From Octopus vulgaris (lineage: Eukaryota): a stretch of 64,000 bases of DNA. The notes below the pieces were generated by a model that saw only the letters and a list, made by a program, of their open reading frames with translations, had not been told where the DNA came from and searched no databases. Positions 60,753 to 64,000 of this stretch are shown here, piece after piece. The stretch spans positions 16,430,001 through 16,494,000 of the forward strand of contig OX597817.1 of the NCBI GenBank assembly GCA_951406725.2, given 5' to 3'. The translations under genes were made by a program, and so were the position numbers. Within the stretch, counting starts at the first letter, position 1. Each line of letters opens with the position of its first letter.

Positions 60753-61304
60753 GTGAGAGAGAGAGAGAGAACACCAGGGTTAGGTTTAGAAAAAATTTCT
60801 TCTTCTGAAGGTTATCTAAGGAAAGAATTGGGGAAAATATACTTAGTACATGATCAGAGACTACAAAAATATTCAGCAATGAGCAGATCACAACTTAAAA
60901 CCCCATCAACAACATAAAGACAATTACCACATATATCAAGGAGACAGTCTTGTACTTTACTCTTTCTAGAGAGGAGCATCACGACACTAAAATTCTCAAA
61001 ATTGCTGCAAATAAGACTTTACAATATCTGATGATCTCCTAAGGTAACTTCACACACAATACCCCTGTTTTACTGAACCAAATGCATAGTCCTTCCAGTT
61101 AAACCACCAGACCATTTGTACCTCTTCCTTTCATTTCACTTTCCCTCACCATCCTGATAATTCACTGAAGTTGCTTTGTGCCATGTAGAAACTACAGAAG
61201 AGGTATTGTAAACTCCACCTGTGAATCAACTGCAATGTCAGAAACCCTTCTTTATCATCAGCAGTTAAATTAGGGTCACAAGCGTTTCACTCCTTAGCCT
61301 ATAT

Positions 61305-61768
61305 GCGGCGAGCTGGCAGAAACGTTAGCGCGGCAGGCGAAATGCTTAGCGGTATTTCGTCTATTTAAGGCGACGAGCTGGCAGAAACATTAGCACGCCG
61401 GGTAAAATGCGTAGCCGTATTTCGTCTGCCGTTACGTTCTGAGTTCAAATTCCGCCGAGGTCGACTTTGCCTTTCATCCTTTCAGGGTCGATTAAATAAG
61501 TACCAGTTGCGCACTGGGGTCAATATAATCGACTTAATCCGTTTGTCCCCTCTGTGTTTAGCCCCTTGTCGGTAGTAAAGACATAGGTATTTCGTCTGTC
61601 GTTACGTTCTGAGTTCAAATTCCGCCGAGGTCGACTTTGCCTTTCATCTTCTCGGGGTCGTTAATTAAAGTACCAGTTTCGCACTGGGTCGATGTAATCG
61701 ACTTAATCCCTTTGTCTGTCCTTGTTTGTCCCATCTATGTTTAGCCCCTTGTGGGTAGTAAAGAAATA
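61305..61768 (+). mobile_element. Two nested family C SINEs
   Basis: Inner copy 61363-61585 flanked by GGTATTTCGTCT duplication. Confidence 0.88.
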
Positions 61769-61789
61769 TATATGCTTTACTCGAGTAGG

Positions 61790-62440
61790 GCAATGAGGAC
61801 TAAATCAGTCGTTGCCTGCAGAAGTGTTCCATGCATAGTCTCTTGTCAATCACAGTGACTTCAGCTGGGTTTAGCTGCCATGCTTCAGTTGTCTGGGTTC
61901 CAGACACTACAGGAAATAGTGCACCAATCTAGCTGAAAAGTTACAGTAAGTGTGTGTGTATATGTTTGTCCCCCTAGCATTGCTTGACAACTGATGCTGG
62001 TGTGTTTACGTCCCCGTCACTTAGCGGTTCGGCAAAAGAGACCGATAGAATAAGTACTGGGCTTACAAAGAATAAGTCCCGGGGTCGATTTGCTCGACTA
62101 AAGGCGGTGCTCCAGCATGGCCGCAGTCAAATGACTGAAACAAGTAAAAGAGTAAGTCAACTTCAGTAGGGAATGGAATTGCTTGCAATTCCACAACTGC
62201 CTTGTTAATCACGTACTGATATTCAATTGTCTTTAAGCTAGTAAGAAACGTTGAGTCTGTCCTCCAGAGACACTGTAAATATGACCATGATGATTCTTTT
62301 TACACTCTGAGAGAGCAAAAACATGTCTGGTTGGAGTGATGTTATTGTTACCTTGTTTGGGAAGATGAGTTTCAAATTCCTCCTACATTTCTCTGTTAAG
62401 CTACATCTGTTCTCGAATCCTTTTGATATCAACCAGCCTG
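61790..62440 (-). mobile_element. REL-endonuclease non-LTR retrotransposon relic, interrupted by a SINE half
   Basis: LQPDMFLLSQSVKRIIMVIFTVSLE resembles the RPDI....K.....ELTVPWE restriction-like endonuclease motif. Confidence 0.5.
61950..62156 (+). mobile_element. SINE family A, 3' half (a diverged copy also lies at about 63195-63515)
   Basis: Starts at the internal microsatellite; consensus tail. Confidence 0.85.
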
Positions 62441-62573
62441 AGACCAAACCTGATTCTATGATACAAACTTCTTGCTTTAAAGTGAGCTAAATTAAAAATT
62501 AACGGCAAAATCTCATGCTAATATATGTTCCAAAACATCAGCTTATTAATGACAGTTATTTTACAAATTCTTT

Positions 62574-62852
62574 CATCATCATCGTTTAACATCCGCTTTC
62601 CATGCTAGCATGGGTTGGACGTTTCAACTGGGGTCTGGGAAGCCCGAAGGCTGCACCAGGCCAGTCAGATCTGGCGGTGTTTCTACAGTTGGATGCCCTT
62701 CCTAATGCCAACCACTCCGTGAGTGTAGTGGGTGCTTTTTATGTGTCACCGACACAGGTGCCAGACGAGGCTGGCGAACGGCCACGCTCGGATGGTGTTT
62801 TTTACGTGCCACTGGCACGGAGGCCAGGCAAGGCTGGCACGGCCATGATCGG
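62574..62852 (-). mobile_element. RTE 3'-UTR fragment inside a piggyBac-like MITE relic
   Basis: (CAT)n tail and core; MITE-like end GTAACAAAAGGG at about 62897-62908. Confidence 0.8.
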
Positions 62853-64000
62853 AAAATCAATTGAAGCAAAAACAGTATGTTTTAACAGGAATATAGTAAC
62901 AAAAGGGTTTAACTGAACTTACTAACCAAGGAAGCAGGATGCAAAAGTCATGAGGACTATTTTTCCTCTGAATATCTAATATATATTACTGGATATTTTC
63001 AGGATTCTTTATAAGATCTACTTAATAGTCTTTCCTTACATTAGATGGTAAAGAGGTTCACAAAGAAAAAATAAATATATAAATCAACTAATTTCTTTAA
63101 CCTGATATTTCACATATTCATTCCTTTTCACGAGTATTTTATTATTTTCTTAAATGTTCATCAAAACCCAATCCATTACAAACAGATATCTGTGACAGTG
63201 GTTCAGAACACTCTATGGCACCTTATAAACCCGGAGGCGACGAATGCCTTGTGAATGAATTTGGTAGACGGGAACTGTATGGAATCCCATCGTGTGTGTG
63301 TCTGCATGCGCGCGCGACTTTGTTCCCTCCACAACCAGTGTTGGTTTGTTTACGTCCACGTAATTTAGAGGTTCGGCGAAAGAGTTCAATGCAATAAGAA
63401 CCAAACTTAAAAAGAAAAAAAAGTATTAGGTCTATTTGTTCGACTAAACCCTTTGAAGGTGGTGCCCCAGCACGGACGCAGTCCGATGACTGACACGAGT
63501 AAAATATAAAAGATAATCTTTGTCCTCTCTTATGGGGAGAAAATTTTTACTTAAGAAATATACGTTTTTTGGAGATAAGGGAGATGCGTCCCTATTAATA
63601 TCAACATTCCATCAGCACTGACTTAGAACTAAACCGTAAATGATTTAACAATAACTGCATGTAAAGTAACTTTATTCGATCCACCTGTTTCTCAGCCTCA
63701 CGATAGCTCAAAAAATGAGGATTCATTCAATATAGAACCGCTGCGTAATTGTTCGACCTGCTAGATATAACTGCTAAATCTACAATAGTTGTAAAAAGAG
63801 CAAAGACATCTATAGAAAGATTGGGTGGTTACGACTGCAACACCTTTGATTATAGGGTCTGTTTAATCAAAGTTGACTTAGGGGCGAAACCACAAAATGA
63901 CGAGTGGCATGTGTCTACTATTTATAAGGAAAAATACTATTTTCCTTATGAATATGTGAGTTAGAGACTCGTGCGTTTGTAGAGGAGTGGTCGAACACCT

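Noticed and set aside
63684-63726. Minus-strand MNPHFLSYREAEKQ as UQCR11 exon 1
   Set aside because: Weak resemblance only; the available donor is phase 0 while the exon at 59663 needs phase 2.

Overview
AT-rich eukaryotic genomic DNA, most likely a coleoid cephalopod (the SINE/LINE families resemble octopus repeats; inferred, not searched). None of the supplied ORFs is a real gene as listed. Two spliced genes were found by reading the sequence. (1) A complete 8-exon Rab2 small GTPase on + (ATG 17156, TGA 51670, 639 nt, 212 aa, C-terminal CC), with two palindromic CRE sites just upstream. (2) A convergent minus-strand exon (59543-59663) encoding most of UQCR11, the 6.4-kDa subunit of cytochrome bc1; its first exon is probably beyond the window. 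The rest is dense, often nested mobile DNA: several tRNA-derived SINE families, RTE, CR1-like and REL-type LINE relics, a maT-like Tc1/mariner element, hAT relics, and hAT, piggyBac and TA-target MITEs. Most interesting observations: a PHD finger inside the RT of an RTE LINE whose 3' UTR carries a variable tandem array of hairpin units; a twin-primed (5'-inverted) RTE insertion; one SINE head with three unrelated tails; a SINE/LINE shared 3' stem-loop with compensatory changes; a SINE inserted into its own family; a snap-back repair scar; and long fold-backs that could be ADAR or small-RNA substrates. No novel system can be claimed with confidence from sequence alone.
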